Source: Candidatus Cloacimonadota bacterium
GTDB lineage: Bacteria; Cloacimonadota; Cloacimonadia; G963667145
Length of the DNA stretch: 64,000 bases
NCBI GenBank assembly: GCA_963667255.1
Contig: OY762940.1
Coordinates: 192,001 to 256,000, forward strand
Reading direction: 5' to 3'
Shown piece by piece: positions 41,705 through 51,235 of this stretch (the stretch's first letter is position 1; each line of letters opens with the position of its first letter). A model generated the notes under the pieces. It searched no databases. It saw only the letters and a list, made by a program, of their open reading frames with translations, and was not told the DNA's origin. A program made the position numbers and the translations under genes.

Positions 41705-41737
41705 GGTCGCAATCTTCTGTAGATTGCGACCTTTTTT
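41705..41737 (+). terminator. Intrinsic terminator
   Basis: GGTCGCAATCT-TCTGT-AGATTGCGACC-TTTTTT. Confidence 0.8.
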
Positions 41738-41770
41738 ATATTCAAATTATTTATCGCCTTATTGGGGAAA

Positions 41771-42256
41771 TCAGTTGTCTATCTCTATCCCTTCCAGTTG
41801 TAGCAACTTCCTCTTTACAGCCAAGCCCGATGCAAATCCGCCTATTTTATTTCCCGCGGCTATCACTCGATGACAGGGGATTACTATCGCCAGAGGATTT
41901 TTGCCACACGCTGTTCCCACCGCTCTGCCAGCTTTGGGCATTCCTATATTCTCGGCAACTTCTCCATACGACAGAGTTTGCCCAAAAGGAATTTTTCGGA
42001 GCTCTCCCAAAACCTTTAAAACAAAAGACGAGCCTTGCGGATTTAGACACAAAGCAAAATCTTTGCGTTTTCCGTCCAAATACTCCAAAATCTGCTTCTT
42101 CACATCTGATAATGCTTCTTCATTTCGCACACATCCCTCGGGCAAAACAAATTTCTCTCCACTTCCTCCCGATTGTATATGCACCATTTCAAGACCATTC
42201 TTTCCACAGACCACTACTATCTTGCCCAAAATAGTTTCAAACTCGTCATAATACAT
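41771..42256 (-). CDS. ogt: Methylated-DNA-protein-cysteine methyltransferase
   Basis: RAVGTACGKNP, IPCHRVI active site. Confidence 0.93.
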   Translation of the reverse strand: MYYDEFETILGKIVVVCGKNGLEMVHIQSGGSGEKFVLPEGCVRNEEALSDVKKQILEYLDGKRKDFALCLNPQGSSFVLKVLGELRKIPFGQTLSYGEVAENIGMPKAGRAVGTACGKNPLAIVIPCHRVIAAGNKIGGFASGLAVKRKLLQLEGIEIDN

Positions 42257-42431
42257 AATCTCTCCTTTGGATATTTATATGTTTTCCCAAGCAATTAGAA
42301 AACCAACTACAAAAAAAAGTAAAAATATTTTAAAAAAAACTTGAGGGATTTTGCGTGCTTAAATATCTATGAATTTAGAACGAGTCTTGAATTGTAAAAC
42401 AAGACGAGATTTATTCTTCTTCTTCTGACAG

Positions 42432-42466
42432 ATGGCGATCTTTTTAAAAGGTCGCCATTATTTTTT
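42432..42466 (+). terminator. Terminator-like hairpin upstream of amidohydrolase
   Basis: ATGGCGATCTTTT-T-AAAAGGTCGCCAT followed by TATTTTTT. Confidence 0.55.
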
Positions 42467-42534
42467 GTCAAATCATTTGACATTTCTTTCTCTTTTAGCG
42501 AAAAAAAATTAATTCAACTTTATTCGGAGGGAAA

Positions 42535-43740
42535 ATGGCAACGAACGAATTAGTAATCAAAAACGCCGTCACCAAGAACAGCGATAACAAGCCGGTGGAT
42601 ATCAGCATCAATGATGGAATAATCACAGAAATTTCCGAAAACCTCTCGGGGAAAAGCGAGATTGACGCTCAAAACAATCTTGTCACCGAATCTTTTATCA
42701 ACGGACATTTGCACCTCTGTAAAGTTTACACCCTGAAAATGATGAACTCGAACGCCCTCAATGCGTATACTCAAAACAATATGTCCGGAGCGATGACCTC
42801 CATCGAACTGGCTTCCGAGATAAAAAAGCAATACAACGCCGAATGGATACTGCCCAATGTGAGAAAAGCGTTAGATTTGGCTGTCAACTATGGCAATCTG
42901 CATATTAGAGCGTTCGTGGACACGGACACCAAAGCAAAATTGGAGGGAATGAAAGCGGTTTTGCAAGCTAAGCAAGAGTATAAGGATAAACTCAATCTGC
43001 AAGTGGTGGCGTTCCCGCAAGACGGAGTAGTCCGCGACCCGGGTGCTTATCAGATAGTGGAAGAAGGCTTGAAAATGGGAGCCGATGTAGTCGGAGGAAT
43101 CCCGTGGATAGAGTACACAATCGACGATTGCAAAAAACATATCGACCTGATGTTTGAATTGGCATTGAACTACAACAAAGACATCTCCATGCTGGTGGAC
43201 GATGCAGGCGACAACGAACTGCGAACTTTGGAATATTTGGCAATCAAGACGATAGAACACGGCTGGCAAGGCAGAGTAACGGCTCAACACGCTAGAGCGG
43301 TAGCCACTTATCCGCAAATTTACTTCGAGAAATTGACTCATCTGCTCAAAGAAGCAAAAATTGGAATCATCAGTGACCCTCAAACAGGACCATTGCATTG
43401 CAGAGTGATGGACATATACAATGCGGGAATAAATATCGGCTTGGGTCAAGACGACATCTGCGATGCCTACTATCCTTTCGGAAGAAACAATATGCCTGAA
43501 GTAGCTTTCCTCTCCGCACATCTGATGGAGAGAAAATCGCCAGAAGATATGGAAATACTCTACGAACTAATCACCACCAAAGCTGCCAAAGCTCTCGGCA
43601 TAGATAATCACGAACTAAAAATTGGAAATCCAGCCAACTTGGTAATTTTGGATGCAAAAAACATATGGGAATCACTCTGGACACACTCACTTCCCAAGTG
43701 CGTAATAAGTAACGGGAAAATCATAGCCGAAAAAAAATAA
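42535..43740 (+). CDS. Cytosine deaminase-like amidohydrolase
   Basis: GHLHL, QVVAFPQDG, GADVVGGIP, GQDD..D.YYPFG. Confidence 0.8.
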   Translation: MATNELVIKNAVTKNSDNKPVDISINDGIITEISENLSGKSEIDAQNNLVTESFINGHLHLCKVYTLKMMNSNALNAYTQNNMSGAMTSIELASEIKKQYNAEWILPNVRKALDLAVNYGNLHIRAFVDTDTKAKLEGMKAVLQAKQEYKDKLNLQVVAFPQDGVVRDPGAYQIVEEGLKMGADVVGGIPWIEYTIDDCKKHIDLMFELALNYNKDISMLVDDAGDNELRTLEYLAIKTIEHGWQGRVTAQHARAVATYPQIYFEKLTHLLKEAKIGIISDPQTGPLHCRVMDIYNAGINIGLGQDDICDAYYPFGRNNMPEVAFLSAHLMERKSPEDMEILYELITTKAAKALGIDNHELKIGNPANLVILDAKNIWESLWTHSLPKCVISNGKIIAEKK

Positions 43741-43741
43741 A

Positions 43742-44545
43742 TCAACGAAAATAAAAGTCCGTTCGTCTGTCCTGAAAGATGTCGTTGTTCTTGTTGAGTT
43801 GGGAGGTTACTTTGGTCATATCCACACAGACCTGCAAAATATTCTCCTCATTCTCAGATAGCTGACCCAGTCGCTCTCCCAAGTGGTTTACCACTTGCGA
43901 ACCACCTGTGAAATGATAAGCATATTCCCCGTTCTGCTCATCCCCAACACGATTAGCTGTAACGCTGACACACCGATTTTCCAAACTTCTGGTTATCATC
44001 GCCTGCTGACACCACGGCATCACTAAGTTAGCAGATTGACAAAGTATCTTCGCACCCTTTAGAGCAAGCGTTCTGGCGACTTCCGGAAAATACCAATCGA
44101 AGCAAATCATCAACCCAATCTTAACTCCATATTTGCCTTCCACGACACAAAATCCACTCTCGCTCTTGTCGAACCAAAGTTTTTCCGCTCCGAAAAGATG
44201 CATTTTCCGATAAATCGTGCTACTCCCATCGGGATTTACAAATTTGGAAGAGTTGTAGACTTTATCTCCCTCTCGCTCTGCAAAACCGTAAAAAATGGAA
44301 GCGTCCAGTTCCAAAGATAGCTTACTGAAAAATTCCGCACTTCTCCCAGTTTCGCCATCTTCCGCCACTGAATACAATTCATCTTTCTTCGCAAAAGCGT
44401 ATCCGCAAGTCGCCAACTCCGGCAAAACCAACAAGTCAACATCCAAACTGGAACACATCTCGCCAATTTTGGACAAATTCCGCTCAATCGACAAAAAGTC
44501 AGGTGCAAACTGAAGAACTGCAATTTTAAAATTTTCCAACTTCAT
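43742..44545 (-). CDS. Carbon-nitrogen hydrolase (nitrilase family)
   Basis: LPEL, YRKMHLF, ICFDWYFPE (E-K-C triad). Confidence 0.88.
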   Translation of the reverse strand: MKLENFKIAVLQFAPDFLSIERNLSKIGEMCSSLDVDLLVLPELATCGYAFAKKDELYSVAEDGETGRSAEFFSKLSLELDASIFYGFAEREGDKVYNSSKFVNPDGSSTIYRKMHLFGAEKLWFDKSESGFCVVEGKYGVKIGLMICFDWYFPEVARTLALKGAKILCQSANLVMPWCQQAMITRSLENRCVSVTANRVGDEQNGEYAYHFTGGSQVVNHLGERLGQLSENEENILQVCVDMTKVTSQLNKNNDIFQDRRTDFYFR

Positions 44546-44552
44546 CTCTCTA

Positions 44553-45848
44553 CTACTCGATATCAAGTATCAACTTTTCTTTGGGAACACTCTTGTCGCC
44601 CACATCTATCGCCTCGACAATCTTCCGTGCAACCTCAACCCCTAACTGCTCATCTCGACAATAAACAACTCCCAAATTTTGCTTTTCGCTTACTTCATCG
44701 CCGATTTTCACCAAAATTTTCGCACCCGTTCCATAATCCAATTTGTCAGTAAGTTCTCGGCGACCTGCACCCAACTCTATCAGAGCGTAGCCGATGGCTT
44801 GGGAATTTATCCCTTGCACATATCCGCTCCTATCAGCCACTATCGGCACTTCCACTTCCGCTTGAGGCAACAAATCCGTATTCTCCGTAACTCTGGCATC
44901 TCCACCCTGCAACTCTATAAATCTGCCCAAACACTTCAACGCACTCCCGTCAGCAATCACCCGTTCCACCATTTTCCCAGCTTCCGCTTCATCTCTCGCC
45001 AAATCGCTCAACATCAGCATTTGCACAGCCAACGCCTTATTAATCACATGCAAATCGGGATAAGACTTCCCTTGCAAATACTCGATACATTCCTTGATTT
45101 CCAAGCCATTGCCGATATAAGCACCAATCGGATTATTCATACAAGTGTAAACGATTCGCACCTTCTGCCCGAACGCTTCACCGACTTTTTTCAATCGCCT
45201 GCCAAGCTCTTTGGCATCAGGTAAGGTCTTCATAAAAGCACCCGTGCCGACCTTCAAATCGATTACCAAATTTTTCGCCCCTTCGGCAATTTTTTTGCTC
45301 ATAATGCTGGCGGTAATAAGCGGGAAAGACTCAACTGTGCCGGTCACATCCCGCAAAGCATATATCTTCTTGTCAGCGGGGACCATCTGTTTGGACTGAC
45401 TCGCTATGGAAAAACCGCAATCACCGATTATCCGTCGGAAACTCTCCTCATCCAAATCTGTGCTAAAATTCGGGATAGCCTCCAATTTGTCCAGAGTGCC
45501 GCCCGTGTGTCCAAGACCTCTTCCGGAAAACATCGGAATCTTGCCACCGCACGCAGCCACTATCGGAGCAAGCACTATGGAAACTTTGTCGCCGACTCCA
45601 CCCGTAGAGTGCTTGTCCACCGTATTTGCATCAAAAGACAAATTCACGCCGGAATCGATGTAACACTTGGTCAAAAAATAGGTCTCCTCGTCGTCCATAC
45701 CCGCAAAAAATATCGCCATCAAGAAAGCCGACATCTGATAATCGGGGACTTTCTCGGCAACATAACCGTTTACCATCGCCTTGATTTCCGCTTCGGTCAA
45801 TTTTCCGCCGGAACGCTTTTTAATAATTATCTCTACAGGATTTTCCAT
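44553..45848 (-). CDS. pdp: Pyrimidine-nucleoside/thymidine phosphorylase
   Basis: DKHSTGGVGDK, SGRGLGHTGGTLDKLE, SIMSKK. Confidence 0.93.
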   Translation of the reverse strand: MENPVEIIIKKRSGGKLTEAEIKAMVNGYVAEKVPDYQMSAFLMAIFFAGMDDEETYFLTKCYIDSGVNLSFDANTVDKHSTGGVGDKVSIVLAPIVAACGGKIPMFSGRGLGHTGGTLDKLEAIPNFSTDLDEESFRRIIGDCGFSIASQSKQMVPADKKIYALRDVTGTVESFPLITASIMSKKIAEGAKNLVIDLKVGTGAFMKTLPDAKELGRRLKKVGEAFGQKVRIVYTCMNNPIGAYIGNGLEIKECIEYLQGKSYPDLHVINKALAVQMLMLSDLARDEAEAGKMVERVIADGSALKCLGRFIELQGGDARVTENTDLLPQAEVEVPIVADRSGYVQGINSQAIGYALIELGAGRRELTDKLDYGTGAKILVKIGDEVSEKQNLGVVYCRDEQLGVEVARKIVEAIDVGDKSVPKEKLILDIE

Positions 45849-45861
45849 CGTCTTCCCTCCG

Positions 45862-46305
45862 TTATTTTTCCAACCAAATCGTGCAAGGTCCGTCGTTCAA
45901 GAGTTCCACCTCCATCATCGCTCCGAACTTGCCGTATTCCACAGGCAAATATTCACTCAACTTTTTGCCAAACTCCAAATAAATCTTTTCCGCTTCCTCG
46001 GGAGGAGCAGCCTCGGAGAACCCGGGTCTATTACCTCTTTGGCAATCCGCATACAGCGTGAACTGCGACACCAGCAAAACCGAGCCGCCCACATCGGAAA
46101 CGCTCAGGTTGATTTTGCCGTTATCATCTTCAAAAATCCGCATATTCACTATCTTGCGTATCAGCCAATCCATTTTGGCTTCGCTGTCCACCAAATCTTC
46201 GCGACCTACTCCCAAAAACAACAGCAGACCCTTGTCAATCTCGCCAACGGTTCGTCCCTCTACACCTACTCCGGCAAACTTCACTCTCTGTATCAACACT
46301 CGCAT
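45862..46305 (-). CDS. dtd: D-aminoacyl-tRNA deacylase
   Basis: QRV, SQFTL, FGA.M.V...NDGP. Confidence 0.95.
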   Translation of the reverse strand: MRVLIQRVKFAGVGVEGRTVGEIDKGLLLFLGVGREDLVDSEAKMDWLIRKIVNMRIFEDDNGKINLSVSDVGGSVLLVSQFTLYADCQRGNRPGFSEAAPPEEAEKIYLEFGKKLSEYLPVEYGKFGAMMEVELLNDGPCTIWLEK

Positions 46306-46466
46306 TTATCGACCTCGAACAACATTTATTTCACTCCCAATTACCCAAGCCATATCGCAAATTGGCAAGAATTTTCTCTCTAAAACAGTTTTTACTTGCA
46401 AACTTTCCCACTACTCCAAAACATTGCAAAGCTCCATGAGCACAATTAGAAATAGGAATTGGTGCT

Positions 46467-48620
46467 ATGAAAAAAACTTTCTCCATCATAATTGCCCTGA
46501 CTCTCAGTTCGTTGCTCTTCGCCTCTGTGGACAGGCAAATCAATCTGCAAGATTTGAGCCACTATGTCACCCATTTGGTGATGCAAGTAGGTGTCATCAT
46601 TATCTGTGCCAAACTCTCCGGCTCATTATTCGAAAAATTCGGCTTACCCTCCGTCTTGGGAGAGATATTTTGCGGAATAATCATCGGACCCTATTTGCTC
46701 GGCAGCCTCGCTCTTCCCGGATTTGCACACGGACTTTTCCCAAAATTCTTAAACTCCAACATTCACATCACTCCCGAACTTTACGGATTTGCCACCATCG
46801 CCTCAATCATTCTCCTCTTCATCGCCGGACTGAAAACCGACTTGGACTTGCTACTTCGCTACTTTTCAAGCGGATTCATTGTCGGTCTCGGAGGCGTGAT
46901 AATCTCCTTCTTTGCAGGAAATTTCTTGGCTCAATTCATTTTTGACATCAACTTTTGGCATCCGTCATCGCTATTTTTGGGAACTATGACCACGGCAACA
47001 TCAGTCGGCATCACTGCCAGAATCTTGTCCGACAAGAAAAAAATGCACTCCGCAGAAGGTGTGAGCATCCTCTCGGCAGCGGTTATTGACGACATCTTGG
47101 CGATTATCCTCTTGGCAATCGTCGTGGGAATAGTGGAGAGCGACCAACATCCCGACACCTCTTTCATCTTGATGATAGCTTTCAAAACCATCGGCATCTG
47201 GGCAATCTTTACCGGAGCAGGTCTCATCTTCGCTCACAAAATTTCCCAATTCCTCAAGCATTTCCACTCGCCGTATGTCTTCAGCATCATCGCTCTCAGC
47301 ATCGCCTTTATGATAGCGGGGATTTTCGAGAAAACTGGATTGGCAATGATTATCGGTGCGTATGTAGCAGGTCTCAGCCTCTCCAAAACCGACATCGCCT
47401 ATGTCCTCTTGGAATCGCTGGAACCACTCGAACTCTTCTTTGTCCCGATTTTTTTCACTGTGATGGGGATGATGGTTGACATCACTATTTTCACTCAATC
47501 CACTTTCCTCATCTTCGGACTGGTTTACTCTCTCGTCGCCATTTTGGCAAAAGTCATCGGCTGCGGAGCGTTCTCCTACTTGGCAGGATTCAACTCTGTC
47601 GGCTCTATCAGAATAGGACTCGGCATGGCTCCACGCGGAGAAGTTATCTTGATAATGGCAGGTTTCGGTTTAGCCGGCGACATCATTGACGAGCAAATCT
47701 TTTCCGCTGCCATCATGCTTGTGCTCCTCTCCACGATTTTTTCTCCCTTGTTTTTGGACAAAGCTTTGAAAATCAAAAAGCAAGGCACCAAGGTGGAAAA
47801 GCCCAGCAAGCAACAGCAAAACACCATTAACTACAAAATCGCCAATTCCCAAACTCGCAGACTAATTTTGAACTATATTTTGGAGACTTTTCAGGAAGAA
47901 GGGTTTTTCGTGAGCAAAACCAAAGGCGAGAATAACCTTTACCAAATCCGCAAAGACAAGCTGATGATAAGGTTAATCGAGTCGGACACCGAGCAAACAA
48001 TCAACATCTCCATCGAGCAAGAGCAAACCGTTTTCGCCCAAACTATCGTCTATGAGGCTCTGGTCAAAATCAACACCATTTTGGCGGAACTGAAGCACAT
48101 CACCAAGCCCAAAGATATCGGGAGCAAGCTGATTAACTTCGACGAAAAGCAACAAAACAGCAAAGAGGAAATCAAGCAACTTACGGAGCTTTTTCGACCG
48201 GATAATATTATCTTGGAACTGCAAGCCGAGAAGAAAATCGATGCCATCAGAGAGCTTCTTGACCTTATCTGCTCTCATCATCAGAAGATAGATGCGGAGA
48301 AAGTTTTGGACGATGTTTTGCTCCGAGAAAAAGCCCTATCAACCGCTATCGGCAATTTTGTCGCCCTGCCTCATGCCAAAACTTGCGGAACGGAAAGTAG
48401 TCACATCGCTATCGGGATTTGCCATGACGGGATTAACTTCGAGTCGTTAGACGGGAAACCAACCAAAATCATCATCCTCTTCATCTCCCCAAATAACGCC
48501 TACAAACCACACCTAAAAATCGTAGCCGAACTCTCCAAGATACTGGGAAATAAAGAGAACATCGAGGCTATTCTCAGTGCAAAATCGAAAGAAGAGGTTT
48601 ATCGGATTTTTAATAGGTAG
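46467..48620 (+). CDS. Second CPA2 cation/proton antiporter fused to PTS EIIA-type domain
   Basis: Same architecture as 24093-26249; RE..STAIG..VALPHAK. Confidence 0.85.
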   Translation: MKKTFSIIIALTLSSLLFASVDRQINLQDLSHYVTHLVMQVGVIIICAKLSGSLFEKFGLPSVLGEIFCGIIIGPYLLGSLALPGFAHGLFPKFLNSNIHITPELYGFATIASIILLFIAGLKTDLDLLLRYFSSGFIVGLGGVIISFFAGNFLAQFIFDINFWHPSSLFLGTMTTATSVGITARILSDKKKMHSAEGVSILSAAVIDDILAIILLAIVVGIVESDQHPDTSFILMIAFKTIGIWAIFTGAGLIFAHKISQFLKHFHSPYVFSIIALSIAFMIAGIFEKTGLAMIIGAYVAGLSLSKTDIAYVLLESLEPLELFFVPIFFTVMGMMVDITIFTQSTFLIFGLVYSLVAILAKVIGCGAFSYLAGFNSVGSIRIGLGMAPRGEVILIMAGFGLAGDIIDEQIFSAAIMLVLLSTIFSPLFLDKALKIKKQGTKVEKPSKQQQNTINYKIANSQTRRLILNYILETFQEEGFFVSKTKGENNLYQIRKDKLMIRLIESDTEQTINISIEQEQTVFAQTIVYEALVKINTILAELKHITKPKDIGSKLINFDEKQQNSKEEIKQLTELFRPDNIILELQAEKKIDAIRELLDLICSHHQKIDAEKVLDDVLLREKALSTAIGNFVALPHAKTCGTESSHIAIGICHDGINFESLDGKPTKIIILFISPNNAYKPHLKIVAELSKILGNKENIEAILSAKSKEEVYRIFNR

Positions 48621-48698
48621 AGAAATTTACCTCTTCCTATATGCCCGTAAAATGGGTATCCATTCTTTATTCGTTCTTGCTTTATATGTTCTTTCCCT

Positions 48699-48830
48699 TT
48701 GCTTAGAGGTGACAAAAAGTTCGGCAAGCTGATTTTGGTTCATCCAAATATTGTCAGTTTTGGTATATTAGGCAACCGATGCTTTGCCGTCAGCAGTTTT
48801 ATAGATGATGATGTTTTTTTTAGTATTCAT
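48699..48830 (-). pseudogene. RhuM-family N-terminal remnant with in-frame stop
   Basis: Manual translation MNTKKNIIIYKTADGKASVA*YTKTDNIWMNQNQLAELFVTSKQ, similarity then lost. Confidence 0.6.
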
Positions 48831-48849
48831 TTGTTATCTGTTTACTTTT

Positions 48850-48923
48850 TGCTAATGTTGCAAATAACTGGTGCAAATGGAGCGTAGCGAAATTTGCATC
48901 CGAGTTAATTTGTCCTGTTAGCT
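48850..48923 (-). mobile_element. Integron attC-like site (74 bp), R' box degenerate
   Basis: - strand AGCTAAC...AACTCGGATGCAAATTTCGCTACGCTCCATTTGCACCAGTT...ATTAGCA; imperfect palindrome 30 bp after the ATP-grasp stop. Confidence 0.75.
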
Positions 48924-48953
48924 TTCTTTACGATTGCTATACTTCAATTATTA

Positions 48954-49886
48954 CTATTCACCCATCATTATCTTTGCTAATTGCAAAGATGGCTCTGGGA
49001 ATTTATCATAATTAGGCATACTTCCATATGGATTTATGTCTATTATAATTTCCGTGCCATTCTCATCTAATAAAAAGTCAAAACATAAAAAATTTAGCCT
49101 GAACTTTTTCATCAGTTGCACAAGTCCAGACATTGTTTTTCTGGTACATTTGTAATTTGTAGATAAATATTGGGCTGGACTTTTATCAAAATCATTAATC
49201 TTATCCCTAATGTACACAAAAAGTAATCCTCCGATAATATATCCACGATATTCATTAATTGCCTGTATTTCTTGTTGTAAAAAAGCGACTTTAATATAGG
49301 ATAAATATTTCTCTATACTTTGTACATCAAAAGAGGATGCTGGAAATATTACAGCTATATCTCCATCATCTTCTTCAATTCTAAAATAATTTTTGATATT
49401 TGGTCGCAGGAAATCATTGTTTAGAGAAACGAAACAATTGCCGAGCGCTTTGATCGCCTTTCTCCCATCTAATGGTAAGACGCCCCCTTTTTTTATGATG
49501 AGGTATTCAGCAATATTAACACCTACTGCAAGTGCTTGACTTAACGAAAATGCCCTATTTCTGAGCATCCATGTAGATGCCAAATGATTTATGGAAACTT
49601 CGTCAAATATCAATGACAAAGTTTTATAAAATTCTGTTTCTTCTCGAAGCTCAAACGTTTCTGAATGCGGTGGGATTAAATCATAAGGATATCTGATAAA
49701 AGAAGAACTAAAATCATTGATTATGTATGAAGTCTTTTTATTGCACATGTATAATGAATGAGTGTCTACAGCATTAACATCATCACAATTAATCACAGTA
49801 ATATTGTCTTTCCCAATATCTTTAAATGCCATCTCCAAATTTGACATGGATGTATATGGACATCCGATAATTATCAACCTATTCAT
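48954..49886 (-). CDS. ATP-grasp peptide ligase (RimK/MvdD-like)
   Basis: AIKAL, FLQQEI...EYRGYIIG, FLCFDFLLDENG..IIIDINPYG. Confidence 0.7.
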   Translation of the reverse strand: MNRLIIIGCPYTSMSNLEMAFKDIGKDNITVINCDDVNAVDTHSLYMCNKKTSYIINDFSSSFIRYPYDLIPPHSETFELREETEFYKTLSLIFDEVSINHLASTWMLRNRAFSLSQALAVGVNIAEYLIIKKGGVLPLDGRKAIKALGNCFVSLNNDFLRPNIKNYFRIEEDDGDIAVIFPASSFDVQSIEKYLSYIKVAFLQQEIQAINEYRGYIIGGLLFVYIRDKINDFDKSPAQYLSTNYKCTRKTMSGLVQLMKKFRLNFLCFDFLLDENGTEIIIDINPYGSMPNYDKFPEPSLQLAKIMMGE

Positions 49887-49920
49887 AATGTTTTATATGT
49901 GTGTTTATTCTCCATAAATT

Positions 49921-49966
49921 AAAATAAGGGAACTGGCAACATCTACTAACCAGCTCCAGCTCCCTT
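49921..49966 (-). terminator. Stem-loop with U-tract after the micro-ORF
   Basis: - strand AAGGGAGCTGG...CCAGTTCCCTT-ATTTT. Confidence 0.65.
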
Positions 49967-49973
49967 TATCAAA

Positions 49974-50000
49974 TCAGTCTTTCCAGATTTTACAGCACAT
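49974..50000 (-). CDS. Putative 8-aa RiPP precursor MCCKIWKD (not in ORF track)
   Basis: AAGGAGGT-6 nt-ATG TGC TGT AAA ATC TGG AAA GAC TGA, between radical SAM and ATP-grasp genes. Confidence 0.65.
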   Translation of the reverse strand: MCCKIWKD

Positions 50001-50016
50001 ATTTCTACCTCCTTTA

Positions 50017-50990
50017 TTAATCTTGATTATATATTGCTTTCTCAGCAATACAGTAACCTGTGCAAGATTTGTCTATTCGACTCTGACAAGTTTTGCACAG
50101 TGGGAGAGAGCATACTAAATATTTCAATCTTTCTATTTCCTTGTTATTAACTATAAATTCTTTTGCTTCAGAAAAAGAATTAAAGTCAGTTATTTTTTTA
50201 TCTGTTAAATTGTAAAAAGGACATGAGGCAATCGATAGGTCAGGATTAATGAGAAGATTTCCACATTCATTATATGATAATCCTTTTGAATGTAAATCGT
50301 AACTATTAATTTCTTCTGATGTAAAGAAACATTTCGGAAAAGGACAATCAAAAAGAACATTCAGCCCAATTGACTCAACTGCTCTTATATAAGATAAAAG
50401 CTGGGGTTTATGTGACTCAATTTCTTTTATTGATATATATTTGTTTTTTTTTCGATTGATGGTCGCGCAAGATCTAAACGAATTTCGCGAATATTGCTGT
50501 ACTTTTTGGCTATGCCAAGAATATTTTCAATACTTTGGTCGATTTTGTAAATTGTACAAGAAAGCAAAACATCAATTTTCAGATTTTCCAATGTTGCCAA
50601 ATTCTCTAAAATTAGATTTTTTTCTGTAATCGTATAAGTGTCGAATAATGTAATATTGGCACATATGTTCTGGATATTTTTAAAAGAAGATAAGATGTCT
50701 CTTTTAAATAATAAATTACTCAACATATTTATATGAAAATTCATATCATTTGCCAACTTTAACAAATGAATAAAATTCCTATGAATTGTCGGTTCCCCAC
50801 CTAATAAAGTTAAGGTGTTAATATTTTGAAACTTTAGCCATAGCAACAAGCTATTGAAATCTGGTATCGATATTTCAGCATCGCGAATTGTCATGCTTGT
50901 TTGAAAACAGAATTCACATGACCTATTGCACTTATTCGTAAGTAGAAGTTTAGGACTCATCATAAAATGATACCTCGAAGTCCAATTCAT
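50017..50990 (-). CDS. Radical SAM/SPASM enzyme, frameshifted at A9 run (50444-50452); 324 aa if one A is added
   Basis: CNRSCEFC and GGEPT in 5' frame; -1 frame continues open with DCPFPKC, CGNLLINPDLSIASC, CKTC-x7-CTGYC to TAA at 50017. Confidence 0.8.
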
Positions 50991-51235
50991 TTAACATAAC
51001 CCTCATCTTTTATCCTTGTTTATAGACTTGTATATGTTGCTCATATTGGCAATCTAAACTAAAAATCGACAAGTTTTTTCTCCAAAATATTACCGCTACC
51101 CTCTGCATAAACTCAATTATATTTATTTCTTCTTTCATCAAGTTTCTAACCTAAATAAGATTTGATTTTTTTCAGTCAAAGCATCTTTGTGTTCGCAGGA
51201 TTGCAGTTTTATAAATAATGGTGTTTTTTTAGTAT

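Noticed and set aside
48699..48887. 62-aa + strand ORF
   Set aside because: Overlaps the attC-like site and the RhuM-like remnant on the opposite strand; no RBS or motif.
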